From the NCBI GenBank assembly GCA_015709215.1, contig JACCQN010000011.1, forward strand, positions 6,106 to 70,105: a stretch of 64,000 nucleotides of DNA. The letters are read 5' to 3'. Positions 1-10,531 of this stretch are shown here, in pieces. How positions within the stretch are numbered: position 1 is the stretch's first letter; every line of letters begins with the position of its first letter. Origin of the DNA: Bacteroidales bacterium (GTDB taxonomy: Bacteria; Bacteroidota; Bacteroidia; Bacteroidales; F082). Position numbers and translations under genes: made by a program. Below the pieces are notes generated by a model that did not search any database, was not told the DNA's origin, and worked only from the letters and a program-made list of their open reading frames with translations.

Positions 1-1201
1 CAGTACTTACACCCATTTGAGAAACCAGAGCAGGCATAATGGCAACAAATCCCAAAAAGATTGAGCCGGGTAGTGTGATTCTCGACATCACATTATCAAG
101 GTATTCAGCAGTTTTCTTTCCTGGTTTTACACCTGGAATAAACCCGCCGTTTTTCTTCATATCTTCAGCCATCTGATTTGGATTAATCGTAACAGCTGTA
201 TAGAAATAAGTGAATAAAATAATCAGGATAAAAAATGTGAGATTATACCACAAGCCGTTGATGTTTGTGAAGGCTGCAGCAATACCCGAAAGACTTTCTG
301 ACGAAGTGAAACCAACCAAGGTGATAGGCAAAAACATTATTGCCTGAGCAAAGATGATTGGCATTACGCCAGCAGCATTTACCTTTAGCGGAATGTACTG
401 ACGTACTCCACCGTACTGGCGGTTTCCAACAATTCTTTTGGCATACTGAACCGGAACTTTGCGCGTACCCTGAACCAATAAGATGGTAAGCAGAATCACA
501 AAAATCAGCACTGCGATTTCGACCACGAAGTAAACCAAACCACCACCTTGTTGCTCCAGTCTTGCAATAAACTCACCGAATAAAGCAAATGGAAGTCTGG
601 CAATAATACCGATCATAATGATCAATGAAATACCGTTTCCGATTCCTTTATCAGTAATTTTTTCGCCGAGCCACATTACAAACAGCGTACCAGCAATCAA
701 TATAACTGTTGAAGAAACCCAGAAGAAAAGAGATGGATTTGTTACGCTGGGATTGAAAGGTGTAATAGCTTCCGGAGGAAGTTGTGAAATCATATTAGCA
801 ATATAACCTGGAGCCTGAAGGGCAACAATCGCTACCGTAAGATAACGTGTTATTTGGTTAATTTTTCGTCTTCCGCTTTCTCCTTCACGCTGCAGGCGCT
901 GGAAATATGGTATTGCCATTCCCAACAACTGAATTACGATAGAAGCAGAAATGTAAGGCATGATACCCAATGCAAAAATGGATGCATTAGAGAATGCGCC
1001 ACCGGAAAACATATTGAGAAGACCAAGTAATCCACCACTTGCCTGATTTTGTAAATTAGCGAGCATTGAAGGATCTACACCAGGAATCACCACATATGAT
1101 CCAAGACGATAGATAAGGATTATCCCAAGCGTATAGAGGATTCGCTTCCTTAGCTCGTCAATTTTATTAATATTTCTGAGTGTTTCGATTAACCTTTTCA
1201 T
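1..1201 (-). CDS. secY: preprotein translocase subunit SecY (3' end cut by window edge, about 400 codons present)
   Basis: Absent from the ORF track because there is no stop in the window. Own minus-strand translation from ATG at 1201-1199 gives MKRLIETLRNINKIDELRKRILYTLGIILIYRLGSYVVIPG...GGAFSNASIFALGIMPYISASIVIQLL...GFIPGVKPGKKTAEYLD. It lies directly downstream of rplO, as in spc operons. Confidence 0.93.
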   Translation of the reverse strand, partial: MKRLIETLRNINKIDELRKRILYTLGIILIYRLGSYVVIPGVDPSMLANLQNQASGGLLGLLNMFSGGAFSNASIFALGIMPYISASIVIQLLGMAIPYFQRLQREGESGRRKINQITRYLTVAIVALQAPGYIANMISQLPPEAITPFNPSVTNPSLFFWVSSTVILIAGTLFVMWLGEKITDKGIGNGISLIIMIGIIARLPFALFGEFIARLEQQGGGLVYFVVEIAVLIFVILLTILLVQGTRKVPVQYAKRIVGNRQYGGVRQYIPLKVNAAGVMPIIFAQAIMFLPITLVGFTSSESLSGIAAAFTNINGLWYNLTFFILIILFTYFYTAVTINPNQMAEDMKKNGGFIPGVKPGKKTAEYLDNVMSRITLPGSIFLGFVAIMPALVSQMGVST

Positions 1202-1206
1202 TCAGC

Positions 1207-1653
1207 TTAATATTTTTCAGCAGTACCACCGGCAGCTTCGATAGCAGCAACAGCTGCGGCAGAAAATGCATGAGCTTTAACTTCCAATTTTGCTTTGAGT
1301 TCGCCTTTGGCCAAAATCTTTACCTTATCTTTTTTAGCAACAAGGCCATGATCAACGAGCGCCTGAAAATCAATTGCTTCAAGTTTGAATTTATCTGCAA
1401 GATTTTGCAGGGTTTCTAGGTTAATCGCACTGTATTCTTTACGATTAATATTGGTGAACCCAAATTTAGGTAAACGACGAGCCAGAGGCATTTGACCTCC
1501 TTCAAAACCCAATTTCTTGGAAGTTCCTGAACGTTGGCCAGCACCTTTGTGTCCACGTGTAGAGGTGCCACCAAAGCCAGAACCCTGTCCGCGTCCTATT
1601 CTTTTGCGATTCTTTACAGAACCTTTTGCTGGTTTGAGATTACTTAAATCCAT
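1207..1653 (-). CDS. rplO: 50S ribosomal protein L15
   Basis: ORF-track protein MDLSNLKPAKGSVKNRKRIGRGQGSGFGGTSTRGHKG... is a typical uL15. Its position between rpmD and secY also fits. Confidence 0.97.
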   Translation of the reverse strand: MDLSNLKPAKGSVKNRKRIGRGQGSGFGGTSTRGHKGAGQRSGTSKKLGFEGGQMPLARRLPKFGFTNINRKEYSAINLETLQNLADKFKLEAIDFQALVDHGLVAKKDKVKILAKGELKAKLEVKAHAFSAAAVAAIEAAGGTAEKY

Positions 1654-1682
1654 TGTATTGTATAATTTCCTGTTATCAACAA

Positions 1683-1865
1683 TTAAACTTCTTCCACCTT
1701 CAGCAGGTGTTTCACTTTATCTACCATACCTGCAACAGCGGGCGAAAGTTCGATTTCAAGTGTTTGATTCATGCGCTTGAAACCAAGAGCAGTGAGTGTA
1801 TCCTTCTGTTTACGGGTACGACCGATACCGCTTTTTACCTGTGTAACTTTTACCTTTTTCATCAT
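1683..1865 (-). CDS. rpmD: 50S ribosomal protein L30
   Basis: 60 aa, MMKKVKVTQVKSGIGRTRKQKDTLTALGF...; spc operon order. Confidence 0.95.
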   Translation of the reverse strand: MMKKVKVTQVKSGIGRTRKQKDTLTALGFKRMNQTLEIELSPAVAGMVDKVKHLLKVEEV

Positions 1866-1873
1866 TTGATCGT

Positions 1874-2392
1874 TTATCCGTTAAACACTGTATCCAAATC
1901 AACACCGCGAAGTTGAGCCACGGTATAAGCATCGCGCAGGCGCGTTAGTGCGTCAAAAGTAGCTTTTACAACCGAGTGAGGATTGGATGATCCTTTAGAT
2001 TTTGCCAATACATCCTTGATGCCAACGCTCTCTAACACAGCACGCATAGCGCCACCAGCGATAACACCAGTACCAGGTGATGCAGGTTTGATATATACAA
2101 GTGCACCACTATATTTTCCGTATTGATCATGAGGAATAGTACCTTTCAAAACGGGTACCTTCACCAGATTTTTCTTTGCATCGTCAATACCTTTGGATAT
2201 AGCAGCTGTTACCTCTTTGGCCTTGCCAAGCCCATAACCAACTACTCCATTTTCATTTCCAACAACCACAATAGCTGAAAAGCTAAAGGTGCGACCCCCT
2301 TTGGTAACCTTAGTGACACGCTGAATGCTGACCAACCGATCTTTAAATTCGATTTCGCTGGATTTTACTCTTTTTACGTTAACGTCTGACAT
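1874..2392 (-). CDS. rpsE: 30S ribosomal protein S5
   Basis: 172 aa containing [22 protein letters not shown] and [15 protein letters not shown]; operon order. Confidence 0.97.
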   Translation of the reverse strand: MSDVNVKRVKSSEIEFKDRLVSIQRVTKVTKGGRTFSFSAIVVVGNENGVVGYGLGKAKEVTAAISKGIDDAKKNLVKVPVLKGTIPHDQYGKYSGALVYIKPASPGTGVIAGGAMRAVLESVGIKDVLAKSKGSSNPHSVVKATFDALTRLRDAYTVAQLRGVDLDTVFNG

Positions 2393-2398
2393 AGTTTT

Positions 2399-2761
2399 TT
2401 AGAATTTTAATCCTCCATTACGGGCAGCTTCTGCCAACGATTTCACTCTTCCGTGGTACAAATATCCACCACGATCAAATACGACACTTTCGATTCCTGC
2501 AGCTTTGGCTTTCTCTGCAACGAGTTTACCAACCAATTGAGCCTGCTCAATCTTTGCCGTCTCTTTCTCTGCAATCCCCCCTTCTCGTGAACTAGCCATT
2601 ACCAGGGTTCTACCTGACAGGTCGTCGATCAGTTGAACGTAGATTTGCTTATTACTTCTGTAAACTGACATTCTTGGACGCTCTGCTGTTCCTTTCACAA
2701 TCTTGCGAATTCGTTTGCGTATGCTGTCTCGCCTCTGCTGTTTCTTATTCTTTATTGACAT
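2399..2761 (-). CDS. rplR: 50S ribosomal protein L18
   Basis: 120 aa, [20 protein letters not shown]...[26 protein letters not shown]. Confidence 0.97.
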   Translation of the reverse strand: MSIKNKKQQRRDSIRKRIRKIVKGTAERPRMSVYRSNKQIYVQLIDDLSGRTLVMASSREGGIAEKETAKIEQAQLVGKLVAEKAKAAGIESVVFDRGGYLYHGRVKSLAEAARNGGLKF

Positions 2762-2803
2762 CTCAACTGAATATTAATGCGTTTTAATCTCACTTTTTAC
2801 CTG

Positions 2804-3355
2804 CTATTTACCAGCTGTTTTACCAGCTTTTCTTCTAAGTACTTCATTTTGGAAGCGAATACCTTTTCCTTTGTATGGTTCTGGTTTCCGTAAAGAGCGA
2901 ATTTTAGCAGCAACCTGGCCCAACAACTGCTTGTCATGCGAACGCATTTTAAGGATGGGGTTTTTACCTCTCTCGGTAATGGTCTCTATCTTAACTTCAG
3001 CAGGTATTTCGAATACAATATTATGTGAGTAGCCCAGTGACATTTCCAGCACCTGACCTTTGGCATCAGCTTTATAACCAACACCAACAAACTCTTGTAC
3101 AACCTCAAAACCTTCTGAGACACCTTTGACCATGTTTTGGATCAGCGCTCTGTAGAGTCCGTGTTTTGCACGATGATCGATAGCATCAGACAGACGCTCT
3201 AAAACGATCCTATTTTCTTCTACTTTTACGCTGACAGCTTCATCGAGCTGTTGCTTCAATTCGCCCAGCTTTCCTTTTACTGTTACAAGTTGTCCATCAA
3301 TTTTGATGTCAACACCTGCAGGAATTTCAATGGGCAATTTACCTATTCTTGACAT
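2804..3355 (-). CDS. rplF: 50S ribosomal protein L6
   Basis: The ORF-track frame is 2804-3403. I place the start at the internal Met (MSRIGKLPIEIPAGV...), the canonical uL6 N-terminus. The 16-codon extension would overlap rpsH. Confidence 0.95.
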   Translation of the reverse strand: MSRIGKLPIEIPAGVDIKIDGQLVTVKGKLGELKQQLDEAVSVKVEENRIVLERLSDAIDHRAKHGLYRALIQNMVKGVSEGFEVVQEFVGVGYKADAKGQVLEMSLGYSHNIVFEIPAEVKIETITERGKNPILKMRSHDKQLLGQVAAKIRSLRKPEPYKGKGIRFQNEVLRRKAGKTAGK

Positions 3356-3374
3356 TGATCTGTTCTCCTTCTTA

Positions 3375-3773
3375 TTAACTAATGTAACACAACACTTCGC
3401 CACCTATGTGGAGCTTGCGTGCTTCTTTATCACTCATGATGCCCTGTGAGGTAGATATAATGGCAATTCCAAGGCCATTCATAACACGTGGCAGTTTTTC
3501 GGCAGGTACATATTTACGCAATCCAGGGCGCGATACGCGCTCGAGCGAGGTGAGTGCCGGCATCTTTGTTGCAGGATGATATTTCAAGGCTATTTTAATA
3601 ATACCCTGCTTATCATCTTCTTCAAATTTATAATTCAGTATATATCCTTTTTCAAAAAGGATTTTTGTGAGTGCCTTCTTCACATTGGAAGCCGGAATCT
3701 CTATAACTCTGTGTTTAGCCATGACACCATTTCTGATGCGTGTCAAAAAATCTGCTATCGGGTCAGTATTCAT
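3375..3773 (-). CDS. rpsH: 30S ribosomal protein S8
   Basis: The frame is 3375-3788. The canonical uS8 start [16 protein letters not shown] is at the second Met. Confidence 0.95.
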   Translation of the reverse strand: MNTDPIADFLTRIRNGVMAKHRVIEIPASNVKKALTKILFEKGYILNYKFEEDDKQGIIKIALKYHPATKMPALTSLERVSRPGLRKYVPAEKLPRVMNGLGIAIISTSQGIMSDKEARKLHIGGEVLCYIS

Positions 3774-3800
3774 TGTAAACTTCTTCAAAAAATTAATAAT

Positions 3801-4070
3801 CTACCAACTTGCCTTTTTCACTCCAGGAATCAAACCTTTCAGAGCCATTTCCCTGAAGTTGATACGAGAAATACCAAACTGCCTCATATAGCCTTTGGGT
3901 CTGCCTGTGAGCTGACAACGGTTGTGCAAGCGCACCGGAGAAGCATTTTTAGGAAGCTTTTGAAGTGCCTCATAGTCGCCGGCAGCTTTAAGTTCGGCAC
4001 GTTTGGCCGCATATTTTTCAACCATTTTTTGTCTTTTACGCTCACGCGCTTTCATTGACTCTTTTGCCAT
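3801..4070 (-). CDS. rpsN: 30S ribosomal protein S14
   Basis: 89 aa ending ...[18 protein letters not shown]. Confidence 0.96.
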   Translation of the reverse strand: MAKESMKARERKRQKMVEKYAAKRAELKAAGDYEALQKLPKNASPVRLHNRCQLTGRPKGYMRQFGISRINFREMALKGLIPGVKKASW

Positions 4071-4073
4071 GCT

Positions 4074-4634
4074 TTATGATTTTTTTTGATTTTTAAACGG
4101 AAGACCAAATCCTTTAAGAAGTGCAAGGGCTTCTTTATCTGTATTGGCCGTGGTTACAAACGTGATATCCATACCGTTGATTCTATTCACCTTATCAATA
4201 TCGATTTCGGGAAAAATTATCTGTTCTGTAATGCCAAAGGAATAATTTCCACGGCCATCAAAACCTTTATCGTTGATACCTCTAAAGTCGCGAACGCGGG
4301 GCAAAGCAATAGCAACCAAACGCTCGAGAAACTCGTACATCTTTTGGCCGCGCAAAGTCACGCGTACTCCAATTGGGCTACCACGACGCAATTTAAAGTT
4401 AGAAACATCCCTTTTGGAGATGGTTGGCACGGCCTTTTGTCCGGTGATGGCGGTCATTTCCTCCACACCATAGTCGATCAGTTTCTTATCGGTCAAAGCT
4501 GCGCCGATACCCTGATTGAGTGAAATTTTAACCAGCCGTGGAACCTGCATTACACTTGAGTAACTAAACTCCTTCATCAATGCAGGCACGATTTCACTCT
4601 TATACTGTTCTCTTAATCTGGGCTGATAGCTCAT
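4074..4634 (-). CDS. rplE: 50S ribosomal protein L5
   Basis: 186 aa, [13 protein letters not shown]...[10 protein letters not shown]. Confidence 0.97.
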   Translation of the reverse strand: MSYQPRLREQYKSEIVPALMKEFSYSSVMQVPRLVKISLNQGIGAALTDKKLIDYGVEEMTAITGQKAVPTISKRDVSNFKLRRGSPIGVRVTLRGQKMYEFLERLVAIALPRVRDFRGINDKGFDGRGNYSFGITEQIIFPEIDIDKVNRINGMDITFVTTANTDKEALALLKGFGLPFKNQKKS

Positions 4635-4954
4635 TACTTAATTACCTCCCCTGTCTTTTTTGAATAACGCACTGATTTTCCTGTTTTTTCATCTGCTTTA
4701 CGACCAATACGGGAAGCTTTTCCGGATTTGTCCACAATTTTCAAATTAGAAATGTGTACAGGGGCTTCCTGTTTGAGGATTCCTCCTTTGGGGTTTTCTG
4801 CATTAGGTTTTGTGTGTTTCGAAACAAGATTCACACCTTCGACAAGTGCGCGTTGTTTTTCAACATCCACAATCAACACCTTACCCCGCTCACCCTTATG
4901 GTCGCCGGCAATAACAACAACATTATCACCTTTTTTTATATGTAACTTTGTCAT
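4634..4954 (-). CDS. rplX: 50S ribosomal protein L24
   Basis: 106 aa, [26 protein letters not shown]... (KOW motif). Confidence 0.96.
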   Translation of the reverse strand: MTKLHIKKGDNVVVIAGDHKGERGKVLIVDVEKQRALVEGVNLVSKHTKPNAENPKGGILKQEAPVHISNLKIVDKSGKASRIGRKADEKTGKSVRYSKKTGEVIK

Positions 4955-4974
4955 ATAGCTTCTTCTTTTTGGGA

Positions 4975-5343
4975 TTATAGTACTTCGGGAGCCAGTGAAA
5001 CAATTTTCATAAACTGCTTTTCTCTAAGCTCACGTGCTACAGGTCCGAAGATACGGGTACCTATCATTTCGCCAGTATTGTTAAGCAATACTACAGCATT
5101 GTCTTCGAACCGGATATAAGATCCGTCGTTACGTCTGGTTTCTTTTTTTGTACGCACCACAACTGCTTTTACCACAGCCCCTTTTTTAACGTTGCCACTT
5201 GGCAAGGCATGTTTAACAGTTGCAACGATCTGATCACCGATGCGGGCATATCTTTTACCCGTTCCGCCTAACACTCTGATGCAAAGCACTTCTTTTGCGC
5301 CACTGTTATCTGCTACTGAAAGTCTTGATTCTTGCTGTATCAT
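4975..5343 (-). CDS. rplN: 50S ribosomal protein L14
   Basis: 122 aa, [27 protein letters not shown]... Confidence 0.98.
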   Translation of the reverse strand: MIQQESRLSVADNSGAKEVLCIRVLGGTGKRYARIGDQIVATVKHALPSGNVKKGAVVKAVVVRTKKETRRNDGSYIRFEDNAVVLLNNTGEMIGTRIFGPVARELREKQFMKIVSLAPEVL

Positions 5344-5344
5344 A

Positions 5345-5602
5345 TTACTTCGCCCTTTCGATTATTTCCGCTAATCTCCAACATTTATTTTTACTCAACG
5401 GACGGGTTTCCATGATGCGGACGGTGTCGCCGATATTACAATCGTTGCTTTCGTCATGAGCCATAAAAGTGCTGGTCCGTTTAACGAATTTCCCGTATAT
5501 CGGGTGTTTTACTCGGCGAACGATCTCAACAGTAATAGATTTATCCATCTTGTTACTGACAACCACGCCGATTCTTTCTTTTCTGAGTTTCCTGGTTTCC
5601 AT
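5345..5602 (-). CDS. rpsQ: 30S ribosomal protein S17
   Basis: 85 aa, [33 protein letters not shown]... Confidence 0.96.
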   Translation of the reverse strand: METRKLRKERIGVVVSNKMDKSITVEIVRRVKHPIYGKFVKRTSTFMAHDESNDCNIGDTVRIMETRPLSKNKCWRLAEIIERAK

Positions 5603-5619
5603 CTGTCTACTCGTCCTTA

Positions 5620-5823
5620 TTATTGATTAGTTTCTGTCAACTGACGTTTTTTTAATTCAGTCATTAAGCGTGCAATTGTTTTGCGATACGCTTTGATCTT
5701 ATTTGGGTTCTCGAGCGGCGAAACTGCATGATTCAGTTTGAGACGAACCAATTGTTTACGTTCTTCTTCGAGGCGCTCTATCAAGTCAGCTGTGCTTAAC
5801 TCATTGATTACTTCCTGTTTCAT
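5620..5823 (-). CDS. rpmC: 50S ribosomal protein L29
   Basis: 67 aa helical protein in the expected position between rplP and rpsQ. Confidence 0.93.
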   Translation of the reverse strand: MKQEVINELSTADLIERLEEERKQLVRLKLNHAVSPLENPNKIKAYRKTIARLMTELKKRQLTETNQ

Positions 5824-5832
5824 AGTTTTTGC

Positions 5833-6258
5833 CTAATTATTTTCAACGTAATCTCTTCTCACTACAAATTTGGTGGTAATCGGCAGTTTTTGGGCAGCAA
5901 GACGCAATGCTTCTTTCGCAATTGCCAATGGCACACCTTCGGCTTCAAAAATAATTCTGCCGGGAGAAACCGGAGCAACGAAATATTCAGGAGCACCTTT
6001 ACCTTTACCCATACGCACCTCAGCAGGCTTTTTGGTGACAGGCTTATCGGGGAAAACCCTAATCCAAATCTGTCCTTCACGTTTCATGTAACGTGTAACT
6101 GCCTGACGTGCTGCTTCAATCTGACGACCGGTAAGCCATGTTTCTTCCATGGCTTTTATTCCAAAAGATCCAAAGGCAAGCTGATGGCCGCGCTGTGAAA
6201 GGCCTTTCATTTTTCCTTTTTGGTGTCTTCTGAATTTTGTCTTCTTCGGTTGTAACAT
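5833..6258 (-). CDS. rplP: 50S ribosomal protein L16
   Basis: 141 aa, [19 protein letters not shown]... Confidence 0.97.
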   Translation of the reverse strand: MLQPKKTKFRRHQKGKMKGLSQRGHQLAFGSFGIKAMEETWLTGRQIEAARQAVTRYMKREGQIWIRVFPDKPVTKKPAEVRMGKGKGAPEYFVAPVSPGRIIFEAEGVPLAIAKEALRLAAQKLPITTKFVVRRDYVENN

Positions 6259-6289
6259 TGTTACTGATGTATTAAAATTCTAAATTAAT

Positions 6290-7015
6290 TTATTTACGTC
6301 TTCCGCGTTGGCGTGGTCCACCTGAAGGTTTCGGGCCTCCACCGGGTTTTTTTGCTTGTCCGCCAACAGTGGTTGGAACAAGCTCAGGCTTCCCGTATAT
6401 CTCGCCTTTGCAAATCCAAACTTTTATTCCGATTCGTCCATAGGTCGTATGGGCTTCAACTAATGCATAGTCGATATCCGCACGCAAGGTGTGCAATGGG
6501 ATACGACCTTCTTTATAGGTCTCCTGCCGCGCCATCTCTGCACCGCCAACACGACCGGAAATCATTACCTTGATTCCTTCGGCGCCAATACGCATACTGG
6601 AACTGATGGCGGTTTTGATTGCCCGACGGAAAGAAATACGTCCTTCAATCTGCTTTGCAATTGTTCCGGCAACGATATAGGCATCCAGCTCGGGGCGCTT
6701 AATCTCGCTGATATTGATCTGAACTTCTTTGCCTGTGAGTTTTTTCAACTCCTCTTTAAGCTTGTCAACTTCCTGACCAGCTTTTCCGATTATCATTCCC
6801 GGTCTGGCAGTTGAAATAGTAACAGTAACCAGTTTCAATGTACGTTCGATGGAAATACGAGAGATACCGGCTTTTCCTAAACGCGCATTGAGGTATTTTC
6901 TGATTTTATCGTCTTCTACCAATTTGGAAGAAAAATCTTTTCCACCATACCAGTTAGAGTCCCAACCTTTAATGATTCCTAACCTAAGACCTATTGGATT
7001 CGTTTTTTGTCCCAT
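6290..7015 (-). CDS. rpsC: 30S ribosomal protein S3 (with Gly/Pro/Lys-rich C-terminal tail)
   Basis: 241 aa, [25 protein letters not shown]...; KH and S3-C regions are recognisable. Confidence 0.97.
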   Translation of the reverse strand: MGQKTNPIGLRLGIIKGWDSNWYGGKDFSSKLVEDDKIRKYLNARLGKAGISRISIERTLKLVTVTISTARPGMIIGKAGQEVDKLKEELKKLTGKEVQINISEIKRPELDAYIVAGTIAKQIEGRISFRRAIKTAISSSMRIGAEGIKVMISGRVGGAEMARQETYKEGRIPLHTLRADIDYALVEAHTTYGRIGIKVWICKGEIYGKPELVPTTVGGQAKKPGGGPKPSGGPRQRGRRK

Positions 7016-7048
7016 TCAATTAAAACTTATCGGATTGATTCTGTTTGA

Positions 7049-7450
7049 TTATTCTTTTATTTTACTGTCAATTACAAGCGTCACATGATTCGACCGTTTC
7101 CTGATACGATGAGCACGACCCTGAGGTGCCGGCTGAACCCTTTTAAGCATTCTGCCCGAGTCAACAAAGATCTCCTTTACAAAAAGATTACTATCCTCAA
7201 TGCGTTTGCCTTCATTTTTAGCTTCCCAATTAGCAATAGCCGACCGCAACAATTTGTAAACGCGGTTTGATGCTTCTTTTGAAGAAAATTGCAATACATG
7301 CAAGGCCATTTCAACGTCCATTCCTCTAACCATATCAGCGACCAAGCGCATTTTTCTAGGCGAAGTAGGCACATTGCGCAACTTTGCAAATGAAGTGGTT
7401 TTCTTAGCAGCTCTAATTTCTTCTGCTCTATTATGTTTTCTAGCTCCCAT
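7049..7450 (-). CDS. rplV: 50S ribosomal protein L22
   Basis: 133 aa, [23 protein letters not shown]... Confidence 0.96.
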   Translation of the reverse strand: MGARKHNRAEEIRAAKKTTSFAKLRNVPTSPRKMRLVADMVRGMDVEMALHVLQFSSKEASNRVYKLLRSAIANWEAKNEGKRIEDSNLFVKEIFVDSGRMLKRVQPAPQGRAHRIRKRSNHVTLVIDSKIKE

Positions 7451-7464
7451 TTTATCGCTGTTCT

Positions 7465-7743
7465 TTATTTTTTACCTTTATCTTTTTTTCCGGCATGCCC
7501 CCTGAAGATACGTGTTGGGGCAAATTCTCCAAGTTTGTGGCCTACCATATTTTCTGTGACATAAACCGGAATGAATTTATTTCCGTTGTGTACAGCGATG
7601 GTCTGTCCTACAAATTCAGGAGCGATCATTGAAGCTCTCGACCAAGTTTTGATCACCGTCTTCTTTCCGGATTCAACATTAGCCATTACTTTCTTTTCAA
7701 GTTTGTAATGGATATATGGACCTTTTTTAAGCGAACGACTCAT
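7465..7743 (-). CDS. rpsS: 30S ribosomal protein S19
   Basis: 92 aa, [15 protein letters not shown]...[16 protein letters not shown]. Confidence 0.97.
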   Translation of the reverse strand: MSRSLKKGPYIHYKLEKKVMANVESGKKTVIKTWSRASMIAPEFVGQTIAVHNGNKFIPVYVTENMVGHKLGEFAPTRIFRGHAGKKDKGKK

Positions 7744-7772
7744 TGTATAAGGGTTTCTTCCTGATTAAACAA

Positions 7773-8597
7773 TTATTTCTTCCTTCTTTCGATGATATAC
7801 TTATCAGAAGCATTCTTCTTGGAACGCGTCTTATATCCCTTGGCTGGCAATCCTTTGCGGCTTCTTGGATGTCCACCCGAAGAACGACCTTCGCCACCAC
7901 CCATTGGGTGATCAACAGGGTTCATTACTACACCCCTTACGCGAGGTCGGCGGCCTAACCATCTACGACGTCCGGCTTTACCTGATATTTCGAGGCTATG
8001 ATCAGCATTCGATACCATTCCAACAGTAGCTCTGCAAGTTTGCAGGATCATGCGCGTTTCACCTGAAGGCATTTTCAAAACAGCAAACTTACCATCGCGC
8101 GACATCAGCTGTGCATACGAACCGGCACTTCTTGCCATTTTACCTCCCTGTCCCGGACGAAGCTCAATATTGTGTACTACTGTACCAAATGGCACCTCGC
8201 TCAGAAATAATGTGTTTCCAACATTTGGAGCAGCTCCCTTTCCGGAAACAATCTCCTGTCCTATTTGTAACCCCTGTGGTGCAATAATATAGCGCTTTTC
8301 GCCATCTTTGTAAAACACCAGTGCAATGCGAGCCGTACGATTCGGGTCGTATTCAATGGTTTTAACCACAGCAGGAACACTGTCTTTATCGCGTTTAAAG
8401 TCGATAATACGGTATTTCTGTTTGTGACCTCCACCTACATTGCGAATAGTCATTTTACCTTCTTTATTCCTACCGCCGGTACTTCTTCCGGGAGCCAAAA
8501 GACTCTTTTCCGGAGTATCGGTTGTAATTTCGTCAAAAGCGCTTATCAGTTTAAAACGCTGCCCAGGAGTTGTGGGTTTGTACTTCTTTAAAGCCAT
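7773..8597 (-). CDS. rplB: 50S ribosomal protein L2
   Basis: 274 aa, [15 protein letters not shown]...[17 protein letters not shown]. Confidence 0.98.
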   Translation of the reverse strand: MALKKYKPTTPGQRFKLISAFDEITTDTPEKSLLAPGRSTGGRNKEGKMTIRNVGGGHKQKYRIIDFKRDKDSVPAVVKTIEYDPNRTARIALVFYKDGEKRYIIAPQGLQIGQEIVSGKGAAPNVGNTLFLSEVPFGTVVHNIELRPGQGGKMARSAGSYAQLMSRDGKFAVLKMPSGETRMILQTCRATVGMVSNADHSLEISGKAGRRRWLGRRPRVRGVVMNPVDHPMGGGEGRSSGGHPRSRKGLPAKGYKTRSKKNASDKYIIERRKK

Positions 8598-8601
8598 TTA
8601 T

Positions 8602-8892
8602 CTAAATGTTGCTAAAAAAATCAATAGTTTCACCTTCAGCTAAAGTCACCAAAGCTTTTTTAAAAGCATTGGTTTTACCGGCTATTATGCCGGTTTTTGT
8701 GTAACGCGACTTCAGCTTTCCATCAAAATTCATTGTATTCACGGCTACAACTTCCACATCGTACAGCTCTTTGATTGCCTGTTTGATCTGCAGTTTGTTG
8801 GCACGCTTATCTACAATGAAGCCATACCGGTTGAGCTTTTCGCCCTGTGCGGTCATTTTCTCCGTTATTACCGGCTTTTGAATGATTTCCAT
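8602..8892 (-). CDS. rplW: 50S ribosomal protein L23
   Basis: 96 aa in the expected position between rplD and rplB. Confidence 0.94.
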   Translation of the reverse strand: MEIIQKPVITEKMTAQGEKLNRYGFIVDKRANKLQIKQAIKELYDVEVVAVNTMNFDGKLKSRYTKTGIIAGKTNAFKKALVTLAEGETIDFFSNI

Positions 8893-8919
8893 TGCTATTT
8901 ACCTTTTTATATTCCTAAA

Positions 8920-9546
8920 TTAAGCCAGAATCTCTTCGATTGTCTTCAATGAACTCTCCAGCACAAACAATTTCTTTGCGTTCAAAATATCATAGGTATT
9001 CAAACTGTTTGCAGTAACAACTTTGGTGCGTTGCAGATTTCTGGATGAAAGCACTACGTTTTGATCAGCTTTAGGCATCACAAAAAGACTCTTAGCACCC
9101 TGCAAATCAAAACTGTTGAGAATATTTACAAAATTCTTCGTCTTTGGACCTTCAAAACTGAAGTCTTCCAAAATTACGATCTCAAGCTCTTTTGCTTTGT
9201 AAGAGAGTGCAGATTTACGTGCAAGTCTTTTAACTTTTTTATTCAGTTTAAAGCTATAATCGCGTGGTTGAGGCCCGAAAACACGACCACCACCCACAAA
9301 AAGAGGCGATTTGATGCTACCGGCACGAGCTGTACCAGTACTTTTCTGCTTTTTAATCTTGCGAGTGCTTCCTGCTATCTCATTTCTTTCTTTCGACTTG
9401 TGCGTACCCTGACGCTGATTTGCCAGAAACTGTTTTGTGTCAAGATAGATCGCGTGATCATTGGGCTCGATGCCAAACACATCGTCGTGCAACGTTACTT
9501 TACGGTCTGTTGCTTCGCCGCTGATTTTATGTACTACTAATTCCAT
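8920..9546 (-). CDS. rplD: 50S ribosomal protein L4
   Basis: 208 aa, ...[33 protein letters not shown]...; overlaps the rplC stop by 10 nt. Confidence 0.96.
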   Translation of the reverse strand: MELVVHKISGEATDRKVTLHDDVFGIEPNDHAIYLDTKQFLANQRQGTHKSKERNEIAGSTRKIKKQKSTGTARAGSIKSPLFVGGGRVFGPQPRDYSFKLNKKVKRLARKSALSYKAKELEIVILEDFSFEGPKTKNFVNILNSFDLQGAKSLFVMPKADQNVVLSSRNLQRTKVVTANSLNTYDILNAKKLFVLESSLKTIEEILA

Positions 9547-10160
9547 CTTTCAATTTTTAAAAATCCGTTCTTAGGTCCTGGAACAGCACCTTTAACTAAA
9601 ATCAAATTCTTTTCGGGGATTATTTTAACGATCTGAAGATTTATTAGCTTCACCCGATCGCCACCCATTCTGCCAGCCATACGCATTCCTTTGAAAACGC
9701 GTGAGGGATAAGAAGAGGCTCCAATTGAACCAGGTGCTCTGAGGCGGTTGTGCTGCCCATGGGTAGCCTGACCAACTCCACCAAAGCCATGACGTTTTAC
9801 TACACCCTGAAAACCTTTACCTTTAGTAACCCCAACAACGTCGACAAATTCGCCTTCCATAAAAACCTCTACAGTAACAGTTTCACCCAAAGACTTTTTC
9901 TTTTCAAATCGGGTAAATTCTGCAATCATAGCTTTTGGGCCGGTGCCAGCCTTATGTAGATGACCTTTCAATGCATTGGTGGTATGTTTTTCCTTTTTCT
10001 CGCCATAAGCAAGCTGAACCGCATCATAACCATCAACGTCTTTGGTTCTGATCTGTGACACGATACATGGACCAGCTTCGATAACAGTAACAGGAATATT
10101 TTTCCCGCTTTCGTCATATATGCTGGTCATTCCAACCTTTTTTCCAAGTATTCCTGACAT
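9537..10160 (-). CDS. rplC: 50S ribosomal protein L3
   Basis: 207 aa, [20 protein letters not shown]...[15 protein letters not shown]. Confidence 0.97.
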   Translation of the reverse strand: MSGILGKKVGMTSIYDESGKNIPVTVIEAGPCIVSQIRTKDVDGYDAVQLAYGEKKEKHTTNALKGHLHKAGTGPKAMIAEFTRFEKKKSLGETVTVEVFMEGEFVDVVGVTKGKGFQGVVKRHGFGGVGQATHGQHNRLRAPGSIGASSYPSRVFKGMRMAGRMGGDRVKLINLQIVKIIPEKNLILVKGAVPGPKNGFLKIERWN

Positions 10161-10200
10161 GATACTATGCTTTTGTATTTCTTGCTGCTAATGCAACAGG

Positions 10201-10506
10201 TCAAACTTTAATTTCTACTTCTACACCACTTGGAAGCTCAAGCTTCATCAATGCGTCGATCGTTTGGGAAGTCGAGCTGTAAATATCGAGCAAGCGTTTG
10301 TATGACGAAAGCTCAAATTGTTCTCTTGACTTTTTGTGTACGAATGTTGAACGCAACACAGTGTAAATCTTTTTGTCTGTTGGCAACGGAATAGGCCCGT
10401 TTACCACAGCACCTGTGGTTTTAATGGTCTTCACAATCTTCTCCGCTGATTTATCAACCAGGTTATGATCGTATGACTTTAATTTTATTCTAATCCTTTG
10501 GCTCAC
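10201..10506 (-). CDS. rpsJ: 30S ribosomal protein S10
   Basis: 101 aa, [25 protein letters not shown]... Confidence 0.97.
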   Translation of the reverse strand: MSQRIRIKLKSYDHNLVDKSAEKIVKTIKTTGAVVNGPIPLPTDKKIYTVLRSTFVHKKSREQFELSSYKRLLDIYSSTSQTIDALMKLELPSGVEVEIKV

Positions 10507-10531
10507 GTTGAAGAATTATTATTGTTTACAA

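Noticed and set aside
10507-10531. Absence of tuf between fusA and rpsJ in the str-S10 junction.
   Set aside because: From memory, this is the normal arrangement in Bacteroidota, where tuf sits elsewhere next to tRNA and secE-nusG genes. It is not an anomaly.
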